From Acidimicrobiia bacterium (GTDB taxonomy: Bacteria; Actinomycetota; Acidimicrobiia; Spongiisociales; ZC4RG35), in NCBI GenBank assembly GCA_965203555.1, contig CBDBCY010000004.1, forward strand, positions 2,432,001 to 2,496,000: DNA of 64,000 nt, given 5' to 3'. The position numbers were made by a program, and so were the translations under genes. Of this stretch, positions 38,047-47,193 are shown one piece after another. How positions within the stretch are numbered: position 1 is the stretch's first letter; each line of letters opens with the position of its first letter. The notes under the pieces were generated by a model. That model searched no databases. It was not told the DNA's origin and saw nothing but the letters and a program-made list of their open reading frames with translations.

Positions 38047-38627
38047 TGCGGATTTCGCGAGATCCATTCGTGTTCAAGCAGCGAAAACACCTCGTGGTCC
38101 ATCCATTTTCCTCTCACCATGATCTCCTCCCGGGCGATCCCCTCATAGGAGAATCCCAGTTTCTCGGCCACCCGGCGGCTGGAGTGATTGCCGACCGCGA
38201 TTCTCATCAGGATACGATGGAGGCCCAATTCCTCGAATCCCAACGGCAGCAGGGCGCCGGCAGCCTCGGTGGCCACCCCCATTCCGGTCAGGTCGCTTCT
38301 TACCCAGTAACCGAGCTCACCGCTTCGCTGAATGCGGGAGGTGTACCAGATCCCCACGCCGCCCACCAGCCTGTCCGGCCGGTCTTTCATACTCACCGAG
38401 AAGTCAAAAGCTCGTCCGCGGCGCCACGACCGGCTGGAACTCCTGATGAATGTGCGGGCCTCCGCAAGTCCGTAGAGTCCCTGGGCCCAGGGCAACCATC
38501 GACTCAGTTCGGGAAGCGATTGCCCCACCGCCTCAGAGAGCGGGCGGGCGTCGCCGGAACGGAACCGGCGCAGCCAGAGTCGCTCAGTGGGGACCGCCGG
38601 AGGCATCGAATGAAAGTAGTTGGTCAA
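38043..38627 (-). CDS. RimJ/RimL-type GNAT acetyltransferase
   Basis: TERLWLRRF, ELGYW, G.GVATEA, N..SRRVAEKLGFSYEG. Confidence 0.9.
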   Translation of the reverse strand: MTNYFHSMPPAVPTERLWLRRFRSGDARPLSEAVGQSLPELSRWLPWAQGLYGLAEARTFIRSSSRSWRRGRAFDFSVSMKDRPDRLVGGVGIWYTSRIQRSGELGYWVRSDLTGMGVATEAAGALLPLGFEELGLHRILMRIAVGNHSSRRVAEKLGFSYEGIAREEIMVRGKWMDHEVFSLLEHEWISRNPQ

Positions 38628-38656
38628 GGGGTTTCGGTTGTCTGTTCCTTCGTGCC

Positions 38657-39232
38657 ATGATGGAGGGCATGTGGGACCGCCTTCACTATTCCATGGCTGA
38701 TCCGATCCTTCCCGAGGGAGACGTGGCGGCGGTGCTGGCTCTTATTTTCGCGGATGAGGAGGGAATTCTACGACTGGTGCTCACCAAGCGGTCCCGCACC
38801 CTCAACAGCCACGCCGGCCAGCTTGCCTTTCCGGGAGGCAAACCCCATCCCGAGGACACCGGTCCGGTGGATACCGCGCTTCGGGAGACCCATGAAGAGG
38901 TGGGTATCCATCCCTCCCAAGTGGAGGTCCTGGGTTTTCTGCCGTTGATTCGCACGGTGCGCTTCGCCCTGCCGATGCTGGGGATGGTGGCCCGGCTTGA
39001 GGAAGAACCGCTGTTTATCCCCTCGCCCGATGAGGTGGAGAAGGTCCTGACTCCATCCCTGGATAGCCTGGCCGATCCCGGCAGTTGGCTCGACCGGAGT
39101 TGGGCCGGCGTGCCGCTTTGGTTCATGGATGTCGACGGCGAGTGGCTGTGGGGCGCCACCGCCTATCTGGTGCGGGTGCTGGTGGGATTGCCCATTGCTC
39201 GGCGACCTGCGGCACGTGACTCGTTGATCTGA
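38657..39232 (+). CDS. Nudix hydrolase, CoA pyrophosphatase type
   Basis: LTKRS..L.SHAGQLAFPGG...ALRETHEEVGI; WGATA. Confidence 0.9.
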   Translation: MMEGMWDRLHYSMADPILPEGDVAAVLALIFADEEGILRLVLTKRSRTLNSHAGQLAFPGGKPHPEDTGPVDTALRETHEEVGIHPSQVEVLGFLPLIRTVRFALPMLGMVARLEEEPLFIPSPDEVEKVLTPSLDSLADPGSWLDRSWAGVPLWFMDVDGEWLWGATAYLVRVLVGLPIARRPAARDSLI

Positions 39233-39284
39233 GACGGAGTGTCACGAATTCAGTTGTAAATTGTTGGTGCATCACCAGAATTCT

Positions 39285-39293
39285 TGGTACAAT
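39285..39293 (+). promoter_or_regulatory. Extended -10 promoter (TGnTACAAT)
   Basis: TGGTACAAT in AT-rich intergenic region, no downstream ORF before terminator. Confidence 0.55.
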
Positions 39294-39299
39294 ATCACC

Positions 39300-39366
39300 T
39301 TGAACCGCCTAGATCTCCTGACGGTGACTAGGCCCAGCAAAGACCCGCCTCGAGGCGGGTCTTTGT
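39300..39366 (+). ncRNA. Candidate ~65-nt two-hairpin small RNA
   Basis: Hairpin GCCTAG-ATCTCC-TGAC-GGTGA-CTAGGC followed by terminator hairpin. Confidence 0.45.
39338..39365. terminator. Bidirectional intrinsic terminator-like hairpin
   Basis: CAAAGACCCGCC-TCGA-GGCGGGTCTTTG perfect inverted repeat. Confidence 0.8.
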
Positions 39367-39403
39367 GCATCACGTCCACCGGGTCTTTGTGCATCACGTC
39401 CAC
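39356..39403. repeat. Exact 24-bp tandem duplication
   Basis: CGGGTCTTTGTGCATCACGTCCAC at 39356-39379 and 39380-39403. Confidence 0.95.
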
Positions 39404-40027
39404 TTTTTGGGCTTGGGGATTCGTCCCCCTGATTTGGTGAACACCGGGTCTGGCAGTTGGGATCTCCTCAAGTGTCTGACCTTCAATATGCGCTTGTCTG
39501 AACTGAGAAGACGGCGAGGCTGATCTGATTGCTGATGAGGGTTAACGGTTATTACCTTGACCCCCTCGCCTTCGGCAAAGTCGACAGGCGTCTGGAGATC
39601 GCTGTCGTTGGATAACACGAGGGCAACGTCCATCAGGCGATGGCATGCATCCCGAACCAGATGGGCACCGAGTGAGAAGTCTGAACGCTTTTCCTCGAAT
39701 TGCACCACTTGCACGAATCTATTGAGGTCTTTCGCTAACGGGAGCCGTTTCTTTCGCCGTTTGAACTGCCCGAAGTGCACTTCAACCTCAGAGTGAGCAA
39801 CCAGTGCTCGAATGTAGTCATCCTACCGTTGCGAAAGGCCTGGATTGTCATGTCGACCTTGGACCCGCGAGGTGAAATACTTGACTTATCGATTCTGTGG
39901 CCTCTCAGAAGTATCTCTGCGAGGGCTCTGTGGTCGATCCACTTCAGAGAGGTTCCCTTTACGGCCCCGAGTAGAAGTTGAATCCGTCAACGTATACGAC
40001 AACCCGCGGCTGAGGCTTTTGGGTCAT
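39394..40027 (-). pseudogene. NYN-domain (LabA/DUF88) RNase pseudogene
   Basis: VVVYVDGFNFY (fs) KWID...(fs) VKYFTSRV...QR*DDYIRAL...EEKRSD...LVLSNDSDL...SQLPD...KPKKW. Confidence 0.8.
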
Positions 40028-40067
40028 GCATGTCGCATCCTTGCCGCCACACCGGTTGAATCTACAG

Positions 40068-41666
40068 TCATCCAGAGTCGAATGCAGCTCCCAATCGCAG
40101 CAGACCCACCGTCAGACCGTCGGAAAGCGCCTCCCAGGAGGCTTCGATCATGTTGGGATGGACCCCTACCGTGCCCCAGGAGGTGGCGCCGTCGGTGGTC
40201 TCGATCAGGACCCGAACCGTGGCGCTGGTGCCGTCGGAGGAGTCAAGTACCCGGACCCGGTAGTCGATGAGGCGGAGCAGTTCCAATTGGGGAAAGGCGG
40301 AGATCAGCGAGGAGCGGAGCGCCAAGTCGAGCGCGTGGACCGGACCCACCCCGGCGCCGGTGGTGCGGTGACGTTCTCCTCCCACTTCCACCACCACTTC
40401 GGCCCGGGAGACAACTTCCCCGTGGCCGTTGTCGCGGTGGATGGAAACCGAGAAACCTCCGGCCGAAAAGAGATCCCGGTGCAAGCCGAGGGTGCGTCTC
40501 ACCAATAACTCGAATGATCCGTCCGCCGCCTCGAACTGGTATCCCCGGTGTTCCATTTCCTTCACCCGTTCCAGCACCTGTGCGGCGGATTCCTGGTCGA
40601 GGGTGAGCCCCAGTGCGGCGGCCCTTCGGATGACCGCCGCTCTTCCCGCCTGCTCGGAGATGACCATCCGTGTGGCGTTGCCGACCAGATCGGGCCGGGT
40701 GTGCTCGTAGGCGTCGGGACGCCGGGCCAGAGCCGAGGTGTGAAGTCCTGCCTTGTGGGTGAAGGCCGACGACCCCACATAGGGCCGATGGGGGTCCAGG
40801 GTGACGTTTACCACCTCGGCGATGTGGTGGGAGATGGAAGAAATCCGGGAAAGCCGCCTGCGGTCCACTACCGGCGCTCCCATCTTCAGAACCAGATCGG
40901 GAATGATCGTGGAGAGGTCGGCGTTGCCAGTCCTCTCTCCGTAGCCGTTGATGCATCCCTGCACCTGTCTGACCCCTAGGGCGGCGGCCCCCAGGGAGGA
41001 AGCGACCGCGCATCCGGCGTCGTTGTGGAAGTGGACGCCCAATGCTTCCACCGGCAAAGACTTGTCGAGTTCGGAGATGATCCGGTTGATCTCGGTGGGC
41101 AATACACCGCCGTTGGTGTCGCACAGGACCAGCCGCTCGGCGCCCGCCTCCCACGCGGTGGTGATCACCGCCAGGGCATAGCGGGGGTTGGCCCGGTAGC
41201 CGTCGAAGAAGTGTTCGGCGTCGAAGAACACCCGGCGTCCTTTCGATTTGAGATACTCCACCGATTCACCGGCCATGCGGATGCCTTCGTCCAGATCGCA
41301 GCGCAACGCCTCCCGGACGTGGTAGTCCCAGGACTTGCCCACGATGCAGATCACTTCGGTCCCGGCTTCCAGCAGGTGACGCAGTTGCGGATCGGATTCC
41401 ACTTGGCGGGAAGGACGGCGGGTCGATCCGAAAGCGGTGAGCCGGCTGTTGGACAGGGACAGTTCGGTTTTGGCCCGGACGAAGAACTCGTTGTCCTTGG
41501 GCAGGGCGCCCGGCCATCCACCCTCTATGTAGTGGACCCCCAGCGAATCGAGGAGCGAGGCGATTCGCAGCTTGTCGGAGACAGTGAGGGAAATACCCTC
41601 CTGCTGGGCGCCGTCGCGCAGAGTGGTGTCGTAGATCTCGAGCTCTGGATGGAGGGTGGGGGCCAT
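40068..41666 (-). CDS. cimA: Citramalate synthase
   Basis: YDTTLRDGAQQEG, IEGGWPG, GKSWDYHV, FDAEHFFDG, YEH..PDLVGN, GYQFEAADGSFELL, WGTVGVH.N.IEASW. Confidence 0.92.
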   Translation of the reverse strand: MAPTLHPELEIYDTTLRDGAQQEGISLTVSDKLRIASLLDSLGVHYIEGGWPGALPKDNEFFVRAKTELSLSNSRLTAFGSTRRPSRQVESDPQLRHLLEAGTEVICIVGKSWDYHVREALRCDLDEGIRMAGESVEYLKSKGRRVFFDAEHFFDGYRANPRYALAVITTAWEAGAERLVLCDTNGGVLPTEINRIISELDKSLPVEALGVHFHNDAGCAVASSLGAAALGVRQVQGCINGYGERTGNADLSTIIPDLVLKMGAPVVDRRRLSRISSISHHIAEVVNVTLDPHRPYVGSSAFTHKAGLHTSALARRPDAYEHTRPDLVGNATRMVISEQAGRAAVIRRAAALGLTLDQESAAQVLERVKEMEHRGYQFEAADGSFELLVRRTLGLHRDLFSAGGFSVSIHRDNGHGEVVSRAEVVVEVGGERHRTTGAGVGPVHALDLALRSSLISAFPQLELLRLIDYRVRVLDSSDGTSATVRVLIETTDGATSWGTVGVHPNMIEASWEALSDGLTVGLLRLGAAFDSG

Positions 41667-41691
41667 GGGTTCTGTCCTGGTCGGGGCAATG

Positions 41692-41719
41692 AAAAAGCCC
41701 TCTGCCGGGGCAGAGGGCT
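41692..41719 (-). terminator. Attenuator terminator upstream of cimA
   Basis: AGCCCTCTGC-CCCG-GCAGAGGGCT followed by T-run on minus strand, ~25 nt before cimA ATG. Confidence 0.8.
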
Positions 41720-41745
41720 GGGGCGCAGGCTTGGGCGGCCGACGC

Positions 41746-41796
41746 CTATGGGTCGATAATGATGGAGTGGATGCCGATCTGTGTCACGGTGTTCAT
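41746..41796 (-). CDS. Ile-rich leader peptide MNTVTQIGIHSIIIDP (or from GTG 41787)
   Basis: Five Ile codons incl. ATC ATT ATC, ends 26 nt before terminator hairpin. Confidence 0.75.
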   Translation of the reverse strand: MNTVTQIGIHSIIIDP

Positions 41797-41849
41797 TATG
41801 GCAGAACCATATCGGCTCGTCAACTGGTTAGGATGAGCGCTGTTCCGAA

Positions 41850-42836
41850 ATGTTCATAGGCGAAAAGAAGGTTTTTTCGGGTATCCAGCCCACCGGCGAG
41901 CTCCATCTGGGGAATCTGGTTGGCGCATTGCGCAACTGGGCGCAGATGCAGGACGACTACGAGACCTACTACTGCGTGGTGGATCTGCATGCCATGACCA
42001 TCCCCTATGATCCGGCGGCGTTCCATGCCGCCCGCCTGGAGACCGCCAAGCTGGTGATGGCCTCCGGCATAGACCCGAAGCGGTCGGTGTTCTATTTCCA
42101 GTCCCAGGTGCCGCAGCACTCCGAACTGGCCTGGGTGCTCTCCACCATCACGGGGATCGGCCAGTTGAACCGGATGACGCAGTACAAGGAAAAGGCCGAC
42201 CGCAGCGGACAGAATCTGGGTCTGTTGTCCTATCCGGTGCTGATGGCGGCCGACATCCTAATCCACAAGGTACATGCGGTGCCGGTGGGGGAGGACCAGC
42301 GCCAGCACCTCGAGTTGACCCGCGATCTGGTGGAACGGTTCAATCACCGTTTCGGGAGGGTCTTTCCGGTTCCCGAGCGGATCACCCCCCAGGTGGGGGC
42401 GCGGGTGATGTCACTGCAGGACCCCACGTCCAAGATGTCCAAAAGCGATCCCGACGTGCGGTCACGGTTGTTGCTCACTGATTCGGCGGACCAGATCCGG
42501 CGCAAGATCCGATCGGCGGTCACCGATTCGGAGCGGACGGTGGCCTATGAGTGGAAAATCAAGCCGGGGATCTCCAACCTGCTGGAATTGTTCTCGGTCG
42601 CCACCGGCCGTGCGGTGGAGGAACTGGCCGCCGAACACCGGGATGCCGGATACGGTCGGTTCAAGATGGCCGTTGCGGAGGCTCTGGTGGAGTACTTGAC
42701 GCCGGTCAGGGAGCGCTACGAAGGGATGGACAACGCCGAGGTGTCCCGCCTGATGGCGGAAGGAGCGGCGGAGGCCCGCCGCCGCGCCGAGATTTCCATG
42801 GCCACGGTCTGGGAGGCGGTGGGACTGTCCGCCTGA
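41850..42836 (+). CDS. trpS: Tryptophanyl-tRNA synthetase
   Basis: SGIQPTG.LHLGN, YPVLMAADIL, VPVGEDQ.QHLE, KMSKS. Confidence 0.96.
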   Translation: MFIGEKKVFSGIQPTGELHLGNLVGALRNWAQMQDDYETYYCVVDLHAMTIPYDPAAFHAARLETAKLVMASGIDPKRSVFYFQSQVPQHSELAWVLSTITGIGQLNRMTQYKEKADRSGQNLGLLSYPVLMAADILIHKVHAVPVGEDQRQHLELTRDLVERFNHRFGRVFPVPERITPQVGARVMSLQDPTSKMSKSDPDVRSRLLLTDSADQIRRKIRSAVTDSERTVAYEWKIKPGISNLLELFSVATGRAVEELAAEHRDAGYGRFKMAVAEALVEYLTPVRERYEGMDNAEVSRLMAEGAAEARRRAEISMATVWEAVGLSA

Positions 42837-42951
42837 CGGCGCCAGGGCTTGGACCCACCGATATATGTTGCTATACCGGTGGCGTTGGTTCATTTAGCGG
42901 CGGGCCTGGCCCATCGAAAATCATGGCCCTTGCAGGTTCAACAAGAAACTG

Positions 42952-43176
42952 CTATTCAGATTCGGGACCGCTCCACTCGCTCAAAGCCGGCCACTGCGAC
43001 ACTCTCTCGTAGCCTGCGCGAAGGTCTTCGATCACCATCCTCTGTGCTTGAACTATCTGATAAGTAGCTTCCGCTCTGCGTTGTCCCACCAGAAAGAGGT
43101 TGGCCAGGATAGTTCCGAGAACCCCTAATCCGGCTCCGGCTACCGCGGAGATTCCTAACATCCAGGGCTCATCCAT
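42952..43176 (-). CDS. Small single-TM hypothetical protein
   Basis: N-terminal hydrophobic helix; overlaps upstream ORF. Confidence 0.5.
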   Translation of the reverse strand: MDEPWMLGISAVAGAGLGVLGTILANLFLVGQRRAEATYQIVQAQRMVIEDLRAGYERVSQWPALSEWSGPESE

Positions 43177-43378
43177 AGGTCAACAAATCCCTCAGAGTGG
43201 GCTTTGGTCGCGGTCGGGGCCGGAGAGGCCTGCCTGATTTGAGGTGCTTTCTCAACATTTCCAGCACCGTCGTGAAGTCCTCCTCGGAAAGCCCCAACTC
43301 CAACCTTGCCTCCTCGTGAGAAATGTAGGGGCGCTGGGAAGCGATGTCAGCCAGGTCGAACATGAGATTGCGGTCCAT
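43169..43378 (-). CDS. Small hypothetical protein (possible HTH-like)
   Basis: Preceded by promoter TTGACC-17-TAGGCT (43415-43387) placing TSS at or near ATG. Confidence 0.5.
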   Translation of the reverse strand: MDRNLMFDLADIASQRPYISHEEARLELGLSEEDFTTVLEMLRKHLKSGRPLRPRPRPKPTLRDLLTYG

Positions 43379-43539
43379 GCTGTGAAAGCCTATAACACCG
43401 GGGTGCGTAGGTCAACCCTCGCGGCTTTCTTTCACAACTCCCTGGAGTCAGACGTTGGTCGGGCTACAGAGGATCTTGGAGGTTTACCAGAAGAAGTGTT
43501 CCCGGTGTTGATTCGGACGTGTCCGGTCCGTGGAGCAAG

Positions 43540-45162
43540 TCATCCGGCAGGTGGAGACCACAGGAGGGTGTCGGGCCAGAACTGGCTCCAGGCGAACCAG
43601 AAGGCTTGATGGGAGGCAATCTCGGACCCGTCGGAGACCGCAACGGCCCGGAGTCCGTCACCGTCCTTGATCAGTTTCACGCCCTCGGCGATCACGTCCC
43701 CGCCGGAGTCGATCACCGACAGGGCGGTCTGGCGGGGAAAGGCGATGGTGGTCCCTTCCCCCAGTTCCACCCCCACCACCAGATCCTGAACGCCCAGGCG
43801 GGTGTCCACGTCGCCGACCGGGAAAATGGGGCCGTGGTCGTCCCTGCCTCTCAGCGGGTCCATGGGGTAGCTTCGTCCCAGCCCGCCGTCCTCCGCCAGG
43901 ATGGTGGTGTCCGGATGCGCCTGCTTCCAGGCGCCCCAGGTGGATGACACGACCGTGGCCTGGGGAAGCCGCACGCCCGCCTCCCGTAACGGTCCGGACA
44001 CGGCCTCGCCGGTGAAGGTGTCGAACACCGACTTGGTGTTGAGGTCGTACATGACTTTGTTGGATCTGCTCAGCAGTCCCGAGGTGCGTAGAACCGGGGT
44101 TTCGACGCCCTCCGGCACCTGGTCGGTGAAGTAGGCCTGCGCCGAGCCGCACAAGGTGCAGTAGGGCATCCCGATTCGCCTACCCCCCAAGGTGTCGTTG
44201 ACCATCTCGTGGATTTCCATCTGGTTCTTGGGATAGGCCCGGGATTCGCCGTTGATGGTGACTCCGAACACCACGCCGTCGTCGGGATACCAACCGCCGT
44301 CCTCGGCAGGGGTCACCGGGGGATCATCCAGGGAGGGGATGCATCCTCTCGGACAGTCGGTGGTCGCTCCCAGGGGCCGATCGTCGATGAATACCCCTCC
44401 CCAACTCAACCACCGCCAGTCGATGGTGGCGTCCGGATCGCTGAAGAAAGGTGCCCAGCCCGGCTCGACCAGTGTGAAGAGGCGTCCTTTGTATTCTCGG
44501 TACTCGGGGAAGTCCGGAAGGTCCCAGGCTATGAGCAGGTCGGTGGCGTCCTTCCACAGGTCCAGGGTTCCCCCACGCAGAACATCGGCGCCCAGCAGGT
44601 CCTGGAGGCGGGCCCCCAGCAATTCGTGGAGTTCCACGCTGTTGGCGAAGCGCAGCACGTCGGAAAGGACCCAGGCACTTCTGATGTCCCCGTGGGAAGC
44701 CACCGCTATCAACTCCTCCCGCCCGATCCTCCGCTCGGCTTCCAGCAAGCCGAAAAACGCTTCGAGATCGGAACGCAGTTCATCGGAGATCGGACCTTGC
44801 GGAAACTCGGGAGGCGGTGGGAAGGTGTCGCCGCTGCTCGACACAAGGGCGGCGGACGGTACCGCTTCGGTGACCCCGGCCGCGCTGGTGGTGGTCGCCG
44901 GTTCTGTTGCAGGGGTGGTGGTCTCCTCCGCGCCTATGGCGGAGACGTCGGGTACGGTGGTTTCAGATAGCGCCTGGGTGGTGGCCTGGGAATATGTAGA
45001 CGTGGTTGCCGCAGTGGTGGTGACTGCGGCTTGGGTGGCGCTGACCTCGGACGTGGTCGGTGGGGTGGCGTCGCCGCCGCATGCCCACAGGATCGGCAGG
45101 ATCAAAGCCAGGGTGATGATTTTTCGATGAATGTTGGCTTCCCGGTATGGGTTTCTTTCCAT
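43540..45162 (-). CDS. DUF3179 domain lipoprotein
   Basis: Lipobox LWAC, Thr-rich linker; WGGV..D, IPSLDDP, RAYP..HEMVND, YCTLCGS, SG.L..SN.VMYD, FWFAW..F.P.T. Confidence 0.85.
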   Translation of the reverse strand: MERNPYREANIHRKIITLALILPILWACGGDATPPTTSEVSATQAAVTTTAATTSTYSQATTQALSETTVPDVSAIGAEETTTPATEPATTTSAAGVTEAVPSAALVSSSGDTFPPPPEFPQGPISDELRSDLEAFFGLLEAERRIGREELIAVASHGDIRSAWVLSDVLRFANSVELHELLGARLQDLLGADVLRGGTLDLWKDATDLLIAWDLPDFPEYREYKGRLFTLVEPGWAPFFSDPDATIDWRWLSWGGVFIDDRPLGATTDCPRGCIPSLDDPPVTPAEDGGWYPDDGVVFGVTINGESRAYPKNQMEIHEMVNDTLGGRRIGMPYCTLCGSAQAYFTDQVPEGVETPVLRTSGLLSRSNKVMYDLNTKSVFDTFTGEAVSGPLREAGVRLPQATVVSSTWGAWKQAHPDTTILAEDGGLGRSYPMDPLRGRDDHGPIFPVGDVDTRLGVQDLVVGVELGEGTTIAFPRQTALSVIDSGGDVIAEGVKLIKDGDGLRAVAVSDGSEIASHQAFWFAWSQFWPDTLLWSPPAG

Positions 45163-45364
45163 GCTACGGAGGATTTGAAAGCATAGGATTGGTGTAAAGG
45201 ACAAGCTACCGGCGCCCCGCCTTGTGGGGTGCTCTTGATCGGTGTCGGCTTGATGAGGGAGATGAGTCAACGAATAGAGACTGGGACAGCGACCAACTGT
45301 CCCCTGAGCGCGGTAGGCTGAGAAGGTGGACGTGGAGGTTGACACAACCGGAAGGGAGGTTGCC

Positions 45365-45694
45365 ATGTCGGACTTGGAAAACCAACTTAGTGAGCAGTCG
45401 AAATGGTTGGAGGACCAGTTCCAATTTATCGGCCAGTATTTCGAGTGGTTCGAAACCCAGTTCATCGAGATTCGCAAGGATGTCGGGGGTTTGAAGGAGG
45501 ATGTCGGGGGTTTGAAGGAGGACGTTGGGGGTTTGAAGGAGGATGTCGGGGATCTCAAACAGGACATCAGGGGTTTCGAACAGGAAGTGGACGCTCGATT
45601 CGAGGGCTTGGAGGAACGCCTTACGGAAAGGATCGACAACTTGGAGGCAGGCCTCGACCAGCGACTCCGGGTTGCCGAAGGGATTATCTTGTAG
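45365..45694 (+). CDS. Small coiled-coil protein with DVGGLKE heptad repeats
   Basis: RBS GGAGGT; heptads encoded by 21-bp tandem repeats. Confidence 0.7.
   Translation: MSDLENQLSEQSKWLEDQFQFIGQYFEWFETQFIEIRKDVGGLKEDVGGLKEDVGGLKEDVGDLKQDIRGFEQEVDARFEGLEERLTERIDNLEAGLDQRLRVAEGIIL
45478..45561 (+). repeat. 21-bp coding tandem repeat x4
   Basis: GGATGTCGGGGGTTTGAAGGA: two exact copies, two variants. Confidence 0.9.
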
Positions 45695-46035
45695 GAAGGC
45701 GCCGGCGGGTCCAGGCGGACCGGGCAGCGCTCCGTTTGATATACCCGGCAACATCATCTGCTCAGAGGGGAGGCCTTTTGTGGCAAATGATGTCAAGCCG
45801 TGCATCTGGCCGGCCGCCATCGTGGCGCCGCCAGTCGGCTCTCCTGCCGGACCGACAGGAACGGCCCACCGGACAACTCTTGAGAAAAGCGAGTGGCGGG
45901 GTTTTGTCACTGTGCCTTGGTAGCCTTCGGGGACAGGCGGATTTTGGGGCAATCTCGATGACCTTCCAGCGTTCAATACGAATAAGAGGCGCGGCGCTCT
46001 CGCGGTGGATGTGCCGCAGGGTGGGCGGAGCGTAG

Positions 46036-47193
46036 ATGGCGGTCGACATCGGCATCGGCAAGACTGCCCGACGGGTTTACGGGCTGGATGAGATAGCGAT
46101 CGTTCCCACTCGCCGCACCAGAGACTCGGACGACGTCGATCTGGGTTGGCAACTGGACGCCTACCCGTTCTCGGTTCCCATGATGGGCGCCGCCATGGAC
46201 TCGACCATGAGTCCGGCGACGGTGATCGAGGTGGGGAGGCTCGGCGGTCTGGGAGTCCTCAACCTCCAGGGGCTTTGGGCCCGCTATCAGGATCCGACCC
46301 CGATCTACGAGGAGATCGTCTCGGTGTCGGCCGATTGCGCCACGGCTTTGCTGCAAGAGGTCTATCGGGAGCCCGTCAAGGGATTTCTCATCGGCGAGCG
46401 TATCCAACAGATCAGGGATTCGGGATTCGTCGCGGCCGCCAGCCTCACGCCGCAGAACACCCTCCAATACGCCCATCTCGCCGCGGAGGCGGGACTTGAT
46501 CTGCTGGTCATCCAGGGGACGGTGGTCTCTGCTGAACACGTCTCGATTCACACCGAGCCGCTGAACCTCAAAAAGTTCATCGCGGAGTACCCGGTCCCCG
46601 TGGTGGTGGGGGGATGCTCGTCGTATTCCATGGCTTTGCATCTGATGCGCACCGGAGCGGTGGGCGTGCTGGTGGGCGTCGGTCCCGGGGCGGCCAGCGT
46701 CACCCGAAAAGTTCTGGGCGTGGGGGTGTCCCAGGCCACCTCCATCGCCGACGCGGCGGGCGCCCGGGTCCATTACCTGCTGGAGACGGGGCGCTACGTG
46801 CACGTCATCGCCGACGGCGGCATGAGGACCGGCGGTGAGATAGCCAAGGCGATCGCCTGCGGGGCCGATGCAGTGATGCTGGGCTCTCCCCTGGCGGCAG
46901 CCGGCGAGGCGCCCGGACGGGGATTCCATTGGGGCATGCACTCCTTCCATCCTTCCCTCCCCCGGGGTGTCCGCATCGAGATCCCCACCCGCGGCAGCCT
47001 GCGGGAGGTCATGTTGGGACCGGCCACGGAAAGCGACGGCTTCACCAATCTGTTCGGGGGGCTTCGTAGGGCGATGTCCACCACCGGATACTCCAACGTC
47101 CTGGAATTCCAGAAGGCAGAGGTGGCGGTGGCGCCTTCCTTTCTTTATGAGGGCAAGCAGATGCAGCGGGCACAACAGGTGGGGATGGATTGA
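46036..47193 (+). CDS. GuaB3-type IMP dehydrogenase family protein
   Basis: [53 protein letters not shown]. Confidence 0.9.
   Translation: MAVDIGIGKTARRVYGLDEIAIVPTRRTRDSDDVDLGWQLDAYPFSVPMMGAAMDSTMSPATVIEVGRLGGLGVLNLQGLWARYQDPTPIYEEIVSVSADCATALLQEVYREPVKGFLIGERIQQIRDSGFVAAASLTPQNTLQYAHLAAEAGLDLLVIQGTVVSAEHVSIHTEPLNLKKFIAEYPVPVVVGGCSSYSMALHLMRTGAVGVLVGVGPGAASVTRKVLGVGVSQATSIADAAGARVHYLLETGRYVHVIADGGMRTGGEIAKAIACGADAVMLGSPLAAAGEAPGRGFHWGMHSFHPSLPRGVRIEIPTRGSLREVMLGPATESDGFTNLFGGLRRAMSTTGYSNVLEFQKAEVAVAPSFLYEGKQMQRAQQVGMD

Noticed and set aside
43540-45162. DUF3179 protein as a third selenoprotein
   Set aside because: Family includes Sec forms, but this copy has Cys in CTLC and no in-frame UGA.
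45478-45561. Possible second CRISPR array
   Set aside because: Contiguous 21-bp units with no spacers, in frame in a coiled-coil CDS.
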